The notes below the pieces were generated by a model. That model was not told the DNA's origin, ran no database searches, and was given only the letters and a program-made list of their open reading frames with translations. Below, in pieces: positions 24,497 through 31,646 of a stretch of 32,000 bases of DNA. Made by a program: the position numbers and the translations under genes. This stretch comes from Hydrogenophilus sp. (GTDB lineage: Bacteria; Pseudomonadota; Gammaproteobacteria; Burkholderiales; Thiobacillaceae): assembly GCA_020725195.1 (NCBI GenBank), contig DYFL01000005.1:48513-80512 (forward strand). The letters run 5' to 3'. Numbering within the stretch: position 1 is the stretch's first letter; the number at the start of each line of letters is the position of its first letter.

Positions 24497-25774
24497 TTTG
24501 CTGAATACCAGCCTGCCCGCCCGCTGTTTATCAAAGTACGCCTCGCGGGCGGCCTCGGTTTTCTGGGTTCCCATAAAGGCGGTGGAGCCTGTCCAGCCGG
24601 TTTTTCCCCACTCGAAGACCGCCACGCCGAATTCGTCCGTCCCTTCCACCTCGAAGGCTCGCAGGTAGCGGCGCTTTAGACGCCACCGGCCCTTGTCGCC
24701 GTGGTCTTTCACCCAGACCCACCAGATTTCGTCCGGCTCAATTACTGTCATGGCCAGTAGGTTGATGTACTCTAGGCGGGCGGCCTTTCCGGGCTTCGAC
24801 AGCCACTTGAACTCCCCCGCGCCGTCCTCGAAAAGTGCCTTGGTGATGGCCAGCGTGCTGCCTGCCGCATCGGTGAATGCCGCGCCTTCGTCCATGGTGG
24901 CCCCGAAGACATCCAGGAAGTCCGCTACGGCCACTTCGGGGGCCGTTTTGGCTGGCAGCAGGGCACTTTTCGGAACCACGGTCGGCTTAGGCATCGGCGG
25001 CGGGGTAAAGCCCGTTGGCCAGGGCGTCCCGCGCTCTTTCAGCACCGCGTCGTAGCCTTGCAGGGGCGGCACCGTCTGCGGCTCCAGCCATGCCTTGCCA
25101 GGGTTGTAGGCGAAGCCTGGGTCAATGCCCTTCGGGGTGCGCACAGTGCGCGGGGCGCTGCCGTTCTTGCCCACCACGCGCTCTTCCCATTCGATGGGCG
25201 GCGCTTCGTCGGGGCCGCTCTTGCCGTTCTTCTCCCATTCGCGGCTGGCCTCCAGGCGGGAGAGCGAATCGACCTTGCACTTGCAGCCCCAGCCGTTCTG
25301 CGGCATGTGAGTGTTCCACCACGGGTCATCGGCGGGCAGGATCAGGCCGTTCCATGCCTTGTGCTCAAGGCGCGGGTGCTCAAAGCTGGTGTGCCGGTAG
25401 CGCCAGTAGGGCCGCAGGTGCTTGACGGCCGTCATCTGCTGGTACCGGCCAGCGTTGTACGCCTGGGTGACATTGGTGTCGTAGATGACCTTGCTGCGCC
25501 AGCCGGGGGTGCCGTTGTAGGCCCAGCCGTGCTTGGCCACGATCTCATCGAACTGCTTGCGGAAAGCCGGATAGCCGGTGCCCGATTCCTTGGCCTGGCG
25601 GATGGCGTTGTAGAAGTCTTCCACCAGGGCATCATGGGCCGCCCCGGCCACCACAAAGCCGTGGCTGTGCTGCTCCTGCCAGATGTCCGTCCAGCCCGAA
25701 GAAGGCAGGCGGATTTTCTGCTTGAAGAAGTCGATGGCTTCGGAGAACTGAAGCTGGTCTGGAGTCGGTGGCAT
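24494..25774 (-). CDS. Phage head morphogenesis protein, Mu F / SPP1 gp7 family, with extra C-terminal domain
   Basis: ...LRPYWRYRHTSFEHPRLEHKAWNGLILPADDPWWNTHMPQNGWGCKCKV is the MuF-domain core (H..l.G......p.W....PP.h.nC.C). About 170 further residues (FLDVFGATMDEG...IWWVWVKDHGDKGRWRLKRRYLRAFE..., ending ...RAGRLVFSK) form a separate C-terminal domain. Confidence 0.85.
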   Translation of the reverse strand: MPPTPDQLQFSEAIDFFKQKIRLPSSGWTDIWQEQHSHGFVVAGAAHDALVEDFYNAIRQAKESGTGYPAFRKQFDEIVAKHGWAYNGTPGWRSKVIYDTNVTQAYNAGRYQQMTAVKHLRPYWRYRHTSFEHPRLEHKAWNGLILPADDPWWNTHMPQNGWGCKCKVDSLSRLEASREWEKNGKSGPDEAPPIEWEERVVGKNGSAPRTVRTPKGIDPGFAYNPGKAWLEPQTVPPLQGYDAVLKERGTPWPTGFTPPPMPKPTVVPKSALLPAKTAPEVAVADFLDVFGATMDEGAAFTDAAGSTLAITKALFEDGAGEFKWLSKPGKAARLEYINLLAMTVIEPDEIWWVWVKDHGDKGRWRLKRRYLRAFEVEGTDEFGVAVFEWGKTGWTGSTAFMGTQKTEAAREAYFDKQRAGRLVFSK

Positions 25775-25777
25775 CGC

Positions 25778-26071
25778 CTATATTTCCGAGGTCAAGGTTC
25801 CGCACTCTCCCGAGTAGCGCAGAAACTTCTCCACCTTCGCCTTTTTTGCATCAACAGCGGACCTAGATAGCCCGCCTTTCCTCCGCAGGGAAATAATCAT
25901 TTCCGCCACCCCGGCCAGGTCGTTCATTTCCTGCCACAGCCGTTCTTCGTTTGTCAGTTCCTGGCCTGGCTGTACCTCATCAAGCCCGAAACGGAGCGCC
26001 TTGCTTGCCCGCTGCGCGACTTCTGCGCACTCTTCTGCAAGGCACAAGAGCAGATGCTGTTCACGATTCAT
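25778..26071 (-). CDS. MazG-like all-alpha nucleoside-triphosphate pyrophosphohydrolase-like protein (97 aa), moron
   Basis: MNREQHLLLCLAEECAEVAQRASKALRFGLDE...TNEERLWQEMNDLAGVAEMI. The ExxE...ExxD arrangement (EECAE; EMND) on two helices is as in small MazG/YpjD-type NTP-PPases. ATG 26071 is preferred over TTG 26089. The DNA is visibly AT-richer than the flanking head genes. Confidence 0.55.
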   Translation of the reverse strand: MNREQHLLLCLAEECAEVAQRASKALRFGLDEVQPGQELTNEERLWQEMNDLAGVAEMIISLRRKGGLSRSAVDAKKAKVEKFLRYSGECGTLTSEI

Positions 26072-26366
26072 TTTTGCCCCCGGTTGCAAGTAGCGCGTGG
26101 ATCGCGTTGATGGTTACCGCCTTGTCGGAATCCGGGGCCGGTAGCAGGCGGATTGCAGCCTCCATCTGCCGCAGGGCGTCATCGTCGTCAGAACCGACCA
26201 TCCCTACCAATGCAGCCCGAAGCATTGCCACGTTCTTCTGCATGGTTTCCAGATGCAAGGCCGTCGCAGCCATGAAGCGGCTGAACTCTGGATGCAGCTG
26301 GTCTTTCTCCTGGGCCTTAGCTTCTGCAATGCACCAGGCGATGTTCATATCTTCGATTTGCAGCAT
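26061..26366 (-). CDS. Hypothetical protein (101 aa), moron between portal and MuF genes
   Basis: ATG 26366 lies 5 nt after the portal stop, with GGGGAG/AAGGA upstream. MLQIEDMNIAWCIAEAKAQEKDQLHPEFSRFMAATALHLETMQKN... No family recognised. Confidence 0.5.
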   Translation of the reverse strand: MLQIEDMNIAWCIAEAKAQEKDQLHPEFSRFMAATALHLETMQKNVAMLRAALVGMVGSDDDDALRQMEAAIRLLPAPDSDKAVTINAIHALLATGGKNES

Positions 26367-26371
26367 GGTCC

Positions 26372-27913
26372 TTACTCCCCATTCCCGATGTCAGACCGCC
26401 CGGCCAAGTTCGCCGCCGCCATGCCCCGCGCCATGGCTTCCGCCCACTTCGGGTTGTTCGCCTTCAAGGCTTCGATCCCGGCCAGGGCTTCGTCGAAGTC
26501 TCCCGCCTCGGCGACGACGGCGGCAATCTGCTGAATGAGGGCCTGCTCATGCGGTGCGCACAGGGCGGCCAGCTGGGCGGCATAGGGGCCGGTGATGTCC
26601 TGCTCTCCGGCCTTGGCCAGCGCCGCTAGGCGCACCAGGGCAGCGTCGGCGGGCGACGTGGTCGGCTTGCCGGACGTCACCAGCAGCTTGGCCCCCTTTG
26701 CGGCGCGGGGAATCTGCATGGTCTGGTGCGCCCACTCCACGTCGATCTCCATGCCCACGTCGGCGGCCTTGACCAGGACATCCACCATCTTGGCCTGATC
26801 GACCGTTTCTTCGGTCTGGTAGCCGAAGGTCGGCAGCCGATCCGCCGGGAACATGCCGTTGATGAGCGCCACCGGGCGCACTACCTGACCGTTCATGGTC
26901 GGTTCGATCTGGCGGACATCGTGCAGCATGATTTCGCGCCGGACCTTGTCATGGATCGCGCCCAGGGCGTTGGTGCTGGTCTTGCCGTCGGCCTGGCTGG
27001 TCAGCGTCCCGCCCAGGATCGCCATGGACTGCTTGCGCTCCCAGTAGCCGACCGCGTTCAGGAAGTCATCGACCGTGCCGGTCTTCGTTGCCTGGATGAA
27101 GTCGATGGACATGGTGCTGGGGACCACGCCCGCGCCATCGTTGCCGATGTTGCGCACCGCTTTCAGCAGTTCGTCGCGCTGTTTGGGGGCGATGCCCGCC
27201 GGATACTTGCCCAGACGCAACGGCAGGCCGTAGACCTCCAGGAAGCGCTGCATGTCGCGGACGTTGTAAGCCTTGTAGGCATACGTCCAGGCCAGCACAC
27301 GGAACAGCGCGGCCTGTTCGATGTAGCCGGACTTCGCCCGGTGCTCATGGACCACCCAGCCCCATTCACGCAGGGCCTCCGGCAGCCCCATCTTGAGGAA
27401 CTGGATGGCCCCGGTGTCACGATCCACCTGGAACATGCGCTGCGGCACCCAGTGGAGCGCCTGCGGCAGCCAGGTGCTGCCCGTCTTCCACTCGATCTCC
27501 AGGGCGGCGAAGCCCTTGCCGATGGCGTCGGTGAGGTCGTACTGGGCGTCCTCGAAGCGCGGGATGTTGCGCAGCATGTCCGCCAGTTCCTCGGTGCGGT
27601 CGATTTCGGCCTGGCTGGCATCCTTGGGCGGGTGCAGCTGCCAGCCGAGGCCGGTCACCGCCCGGCGGCGCTTCGCCAGTTCGGCGAAGATGTGCGGGTC
27701 TTGCTCTTCGACCAGTTCAAACAGGGTCGCCTGGTCGGTGATGAAGCCCTGGTCGGCAGAGGCAAACGCGGCGGCGAGCCGCGACGGGTCCAGGGTGTTC
27801 ACCGAGGCGTAGTTGAGGCTGTTGCCCTGGGTGGAACGGGCACCCGCCTGCAACTTGTCCAGCCCGGAGCGGGCCACCTTGGCCAGTGCGGCCTTGATCT
27901 CTTTAATCATCAT
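26372..27913 (-). CDS. Phage portal protein (Mu gp29-like, DUF935 family)
   Basis: From M49 of the track ORF: MMIKEIKAALAKV...ASADQGFITDQATLFELVEEQDPHIFAELAKRRRAVTGLGWQL.P... is typical of the DUF935 N-terminal region. The gene is ~510 aa and lies directly after the terminase gene. Its start overlaps the terminase stop by 11 nt. Confidence 0.85.
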   Translation of the reverse strand: MMIKEIKAALAKVARSGLDKLQAGARSTQGNSLNYASVNTLDPSRLAAAFASADQGFITDQATLFELVEEQDPHIFAELAKRRRAVTGLGWQLHPPKDASQAEIDRTEELADMLRNIPRFEDAQYDLTDAIGKGFAALEIEWKTGSTWLPQALHWVPQRMFQVDRDTGAIQFLKMGLPEALREWGWVVHEHRAKSGYIEQAALFRVLAWTYAYKAYNVRDMQRFLEVYGLPLRLGKYPAGIAPKQRDELLKAVRNIGNDGAGVVPSTMSIDFIQATKTGTVDDFLNAVGYWERKQSMAILGGTLTSQADGKTSTNALGAIHDKVRREIMLHDVRQIEPTMNGQVVRPVALINGMFPADRLPTFGYQTEETVDQAKMVDVLVKAADVGMEIDVEWAHQTMQIPRAAKGAKLLVTSGKPTTSPADAALVRLAALAKAGEQDITGPYAAQLAALCAPHEQALIQQIAAVVAEAGDFDEALAGIEALKANNPKWAEAMARGMAAANLAGRSDIGNGE

Positions 27914-29600
27914 CGTCCCAATCGTCAGAATGGCCGCTGGCGCGGCTGGTGCTGCGGCGGTCCCGGCGTGATGCCGCCGCCGACGTGTATTGCCATTCGC
28001 CCGCGAACTGGGTGGCGAGCTTCCAGAGCTTTTCCAGGGCGTCCGGGCCGTCGTCATGGTCGGCTTCCGGCCAGAACTTCAACTGCTCGTTCAGCACCCC
28101 ATGGGAGCGGTGGGTGCGAATCTTCCCGTTGGCCACATGGGGTTGCAGCGAGATGATCCGCAAGTCCTTTTCCACGTTCTCCGGCATCGGAATGCCGGGG
28201 AAGGCGATGCCCAGCAGGGCGGCACGCTTGAGCAGTTCGGTGTACATGAATTCTTGGAACTGCACGGTCTCCACGCCCCAGGCCAGGCACTGGTATTCAG
28301 CCTGTAGGTCGATGGCGCGGCTGATGATGAGGTCGGGAACCCGGCGGCAGATATCCGCCTCCACCACGTCCAGCACCATCGTGTTGCGGTTCAGACCTCC
28401 CACCAGGATGGCCGACGGGTCGCGCTTCTTGTTCTGCTTGCCCAGCGACGGGTCGATGGACCCGAAGAAGAGCCAGTCGTTACGCCGATCCACCCAGAAT
28501 TGCAGGGTCTTGAATGGGGCCGTGTCATCGTTGCCAGCCTCGTTCTGCTGCTCCTGGTTAAAGGCATCGTGGTCGGTCGCCCGCATGCACATCAGGCGGT
28601 ACAGCGGGCGCACATCCGGCCAGGAAACCACGGCCCCGGCGTCCATGGCCTCTTTGTTTGACTGGTAGAAGGCCAGCGCCTCGGCTTCGGCGGCTTCCTT
28701 GGCCTCTTCGTCATCGGCCCCGGCGGTGTAGATGCCTTCCCACTTGTCCCACAGGTCCATGCGGTCGGGCCATTGCATAATCGACTTGAAGACCTTGCGA
28801 CGCCAGCCAGGCTTGCGAGAAACGCGGTTGATCGCGGCGTCGTAGTGCAGGCTGGTGCCTGGCCAGAACACATCCATACCACCGGCAGGACCGGCCAAGC
28901 CGAGGACGGCTTTCAGCACGAAGTCCTGCACCTTGTCGCGCTGGCCCTTGTCCCGCACGTTGTCGTCGTTTTCCAGGTCATCCAGGAAGATCAGGTCGGG
29001 CCGGTGCGGGCCGTGCTTCATACCCCGGATTTTCTTGCCCGTGCCGCCGATCCGCACCTTGCGATTGTTGGCCGTGACAATCGTCGTCGCCTGCCACACC
29101 CGACCGCGCCCGCAAGCCTCCGGGAAGTCCATCGCCAGGCGCGGGTTGGTGTCCAGTTCCGCCTTGATGCTCTCCAGCATTTCGGCGGCCTGTTCCTCGG
29201 TGTTCATGATGATGCCGATCATGTGCTTGCGGCCCGTCACGATGCACCACAAGCTGCCCAGCTGGGTCTCGTAGGTCGACTTGGCCTCGCCCCGTGGGGC
29301 TTGATGCACTTCGCGGCCATCCGTGTGGCCGTCGATGACCTCCGGCAGGCGCTTGAAGATGAACTGCTGGAACAGCGAGAAAAAGGCGGTCGGGACGTAG
29401 TGCGGGAAGTAGGTGCGGCAGAAGAACTCGTAGTCATTCCAGGCCCGTTCCCGCCGCGCCTTGCTGGCCGCCGGGTCGGTGTCGAAAGCCTCGCACTCCA
29501 GTTCGATGGTGTTGCGGATTTCCTCGCCCAGCTTGGCCAGTTCTTCCTCGAACTCCCGCCAGTTGCGGACTTCCTTGATCGCCCGGTCGTTACCCACCAT
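27903..29600 (-). CDS. Phage terminase large subunit (Mu gp28-like)
   Basis: Walker-A-like HQAPRGEAKST, Walker B PDLIFLDDLEND, and a C-terminal RNaseH-like nuclease region (...GSIDPSLG...ILVGG...). ATG 29600 (M12 of the track ORF) overlaps the gp27-like stop by 11 nt. The alternative start is TTG 29633. Confidence 0.85.
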   Translation of the reverse strand: MVGNDRAIKEVRNWREFEEELAKLGEEIRNTIELECEAFDTDPAASKARRERAWNDYEFFCRTYFPHYVPTAFFSLFQQFIFKRLPEVIDGHTDGREVHQAPRGEAKSTYETQLGSLWCIVTGRKHMIGIIMNTEEQAAEMLESIKAELDTNPRLAMDFPEACGRGRVWQATTIVTANNRKVRIGGTGKKIRGMKHGPHRPDLIFLDDLENDDNVRDKGQRDKVQDFVLKAVLGLAGPAGGMDVFWPGTSLHYDAAINRVSRKPGWRRKVFKSIMQWPDRMDLWDKWEGIYTAGADDEEAKEAAEAEALAFYQSNKEAMDAGAVVSWPDVRPLYRLMCMRATDHDAFNQEQQNEAGNDDTAPFKTLQFWVDRRNDWLFFGSIDPSLGKQNKKRDPSAILVGGLNRNTMVLDVVEADICRRVPDLIISRAIDLQAEYQCLAWGVETVQFQEFMYTELLKRAALLGIAFPGIPMPENVEKDLRIISLQPHVANGKIRTHRSHGVLNEQLKFWPEADHDDGPDALEKLWKLATQFAGEWQYTSAAASRRDRRSTSRASGHSDDWDDDD

Positions 29601-30087
29601 AGCGCTTCCCCAGGGTGGCCCCGACCTCTTCAAAGTGCGGTTGTAGCGCCTTCAAAGCTGCGGGATCGTGCAGGCGCAGGTGGTCGGCGATGGTCTTGAG
29701 CGTGTCCAACGCTACAGAGAGGCCGGAGAACTGCGGATTGAGCCGTGAGAATGATTTGCTGAACTTGGCGTAGGCATCGGCCAACTGCGCCAGCAACGTC
29801 GCCTTGTCGGCGGCGGGAATCTTGGCTTCCTCCAGTTCGCGGGTGGTGGTGATGACCTGGCGGGCAAAATCTTCCACCAGCTGCTTGTTCAGGTCATCCA
29901 TGCCCTGTTCGCTGATGCGGTAGGCGGCACGGGCCGTATCCCAGTCGTCGCCCCTGGACTGCGCCTTGGCCTTCCAGTCCCGCGCCGTGTCATAGCTGAC
30001 CCCGCAAGTGACGGCAGCGCCGTTCAAGGGCATGCCCTCGATGTACAGCTGCCGCACCTTGTCGCGGGTTTCCTGAGAATGGGCCAT
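29590..30087 (-). CDS. Mu gp27-like protein (DUF1804), probable DNA-recognition / small terminase subunit
   Basis: MAHSQETRDKVRQLYIEGMPLNGAAVTCGVSYDTARDWKAKAQSRGDDWDTARAAYRIS. The N-terminal HTH and the GDDWD segment match what I recall of FluMu gp27-type proteins. Position is immediately upstream of the large terminase. Confidence 0.7.
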   Translation of the reverse strand: MAHSQETRDKVRQLYIEGMPLNGAAVTCGVSYDTARDWKAKAQSRGDDWDTARAAYRISEQGMDDLNKQLVEDFARQVITTTRELEEAKIPAADKATLLAQLADAYAKFSKSFSRLNPQFSGLSVALDTLKTIADHLRLHDPAALKALQPHFEEVGATLGKRYGG

Positions 30088-30090
30088 CAG

Positions 30091-30459
30091 TCACATCCGC
30101 TTGATGAGTTCGACCGCAGCAGCTGCCAGCGCACCGCCGACACCGCCGCCGAGGGCTGACAGCTTGGCCGTCTTCTCGATCAGGCGCTTGTCTTCGGCTT
30201 CCAGGTTGCTGACGCGGGTGCCCAGGCTGTCGATACGCTTGCCGACGCTGGTTTCCAGGTTGTCGATGCGCTGGCCGAGGCTGTCCTCGATACGGTCCAT
30301 GCGTTCGGACTGTGCGGATTCCATGCGGCGGATATCGGCCTTGATGTCTTCGATCCGGGCCGTCAGGCCCTGGTGCATGGCCTGCACCGCGCCGGTCAGC
30401 TGACCGATGCTATGCATGATTTGAGAGTTGTCGCGGCGGTCGCCTTCGGTTTGTTCCAT
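30091..30459 (-). CDS. Phage coiled-coil protein with C-terminal hydrophobic anchor (Mu gp25/gp26 position)
   Basis: It contains three consecutive 11-residue repeats, RMDRIEDSLGQ / RIDNLETSVGK / RIDSLGTRVSN. It ends in the Gly/Ala-rich hydrophobic tail LSALGGGVGGALAAAAVELI. Confidence 0.6.
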   Translation of the reverse strand: MEQTEGDRRDNSQIMHSIGQLTGAVQAMHQGLTARIEDIKADIRRMESAQSERMDRIEDSLGQRIDNLETSVGKRIDSLGTRVSNLEAEDKRLIEKTAKLSALGGGVGGALAAAAVELIKRM

Positions 30460-31019
30460 TACTGCTCCCCTTGTTGTTTGCGATCTGCGGTAACGACCGC
30501 CTGGCAGGCAGTCAGTTGATGGACTACTTCGTCGGCTTCGCTGGCGAGTCCGACAAGAAATTCAGAAGCCTGGACAGAAAGTTCGGCTCGCGTTTCACCA
30601 TCACGTCCGACGGTGCCGGGGCCAGGCGCGGCGGTTCCACTTCCACCGGCTCCATCGGGGCAGGCAACGGGGATGCGCAGGCGCAGAGCGCCAGAGCGCA
30701 GATCAGCAACAGCGCGGTCCTTTGCAGCTTTTTCATGCTTCAAATCCTCTTGGTATTTGGCCGATGCGGCGGCCATGTCATGGGCGTGCTCACGCTCCCT
30801 GGCGCGGGCCTGGTCTTCCAGTTCCTTGATACGGGTGTTGGCCTTGGTCAGGGCGGTGTTCTCGCGGCCCAGCCATGCCGTCCGCTCGGCCTTTTCTCCC
30901 TGCCCGAACTGCTGTTGGCCGTAGGCGTAGATGGCGGCCACTACGGCGGCCACTACGGCGGCCACCAGAAGCACGGCGCCCAGCAGCTTGGCCCGCGGCG
31001 GAATGAAGGGCAGCTTCAT
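30459..31019 (-). CDS. i-spanin (Rz-like)
   Basis: From M72 of the track ORF: MKLPFIPPRAKLLGAVLLVAAVVAAVVAAIYAY (N-terminal TM), then a coiled coil ...LRSGALRLRIPVAC...AELSVQASEFLVGLASEADEVVHQLTACQAVV. This is the typical Rz architecture. ATGA overlap with the endolysin stop. Confidence 0.8.
   Translation of the reverse strand: MKLPFIPPRAKLLGAVLLVAAVVAAVVAAIYAYGQQQFGQGEKAERTAWLGRENTALTKANTRIKELEDQARAREREHAHDMAAASAKYQEDLKHEKAAKDRAVADLRSGALRLRIPVACPDGAGGSGTAAPGPGTVGRDGETRAELSVQASEFLVGLASEADEVVHQLTACQAVVTADRKQQGEQ
30524..30736 (-). CDS. o-spanin (Rz1-like lipoprotein), fully embedded in the Rz gene in another frame
   Basis: MKKLQRTALLLICALALCACASPLPAPMEPVEVEPPRLAPAP. It has a lipoprotein signal with Cys and a short Pro-rich mature part. 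It is 70 aa and entirely inside 30459-31019. Confidence 0.75.
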   Translation of the reverse strand: MKKLQRTALLLICALALCACASPLPAPMEPVEVEPPRLAPAPSDVMVKREPNFLSRLLNFLSDSPAKPTK

Positions 31020-31645
31020 GCCGACACCCCACGGCCCCAGGCGAGATAGCGGGGCTGCAACAGGGTCAGGATGCGGCGGGGATAGCCCAGGTTTTCCGGG
31101 CAGAAGCTGGGGTGGCGGCGGGCCTTGCCGCAGGCGTTGTCCACCGCCTGCCGATCCAGCGCCGGGCGTACTGTGGCGGCCTCCTGCTGCCAGTGGCCCA
31201 GCCCGCCGTTGTAGGCCCGCAGGGCGGCCCATAGGCGGTCGAACTCGGAAGGGCCGCGCACCCGGTCAAACAGCCAGCGGTCGTAGCCCACCAGCGCCCG
31301 CATGGCCCATGTCGGATTGGTCGGCTGGCACTCGGCAGCGCCCAGCCCGTTGGCCTCGCACCACCACCGCGCCGTGGCGGGCATGAACTGCGCCATGCCG
31401 ACGGCACCGACGCGGGAAACGGCCTCGGGGTTCCATCCGCTTTCCTGGTGGATTTGGGCAGCGAAGGCCGCGACCGGGGCATCCAGGCCCCAGGCGGCAT
31501 GGGCGGCGCGGGTAAGGTCGGCCCGGTGCTTGAGAGCGGCACGGGGAACGTCCTGGGCGTTCGCCAGCAGTGGCAGCATGACCAGCGATAGCAGCGCGGC
31601 GCAGACCACCAGTGCCCAGCGGGCAGTGGAGCGATGGATGCGCAT
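31016..31645 (-). CDS. Endolysin: lytic transglycosylase (SLT domain) with N-terminal secretion signal
   Basis: MRIHRSTARWALVVCAALLSLVMLPLLANA (signal/SAR-like), then IHQESGWNPEAVSRVGAVGMAQFMP (catalytic E-S ... GxMQ SLT motif) and ...AYNGG. Confidence 0.85.
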   Translation of the reverse strand: MRIHRSTARWALVVCAALLSLVMLPLLANAQDVPRAALKHRADLTRAAHAAWGLDAPVAAFAAQIHQESGWNPEAVSRVGAVGMAQFMPATARWWCEANGLGAAECQPTNPTWAMRALVGYDRWLFDRVRGPSEFDRLWAALRAYNGGLGHWQQEAATVRPALDRQAVDNACGKARRHPSFCPENLGYPRRILTLLQPRYLAWGRGVSA

Positions 31646-31646
31646 G

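Noticed and set aside
26726-29699. Long + strand ORFs (26726-28156, 27949-28668, 28773-29699)
   Set aside because: They are antisense to the portal and terminase genes and have low-complexity translations.
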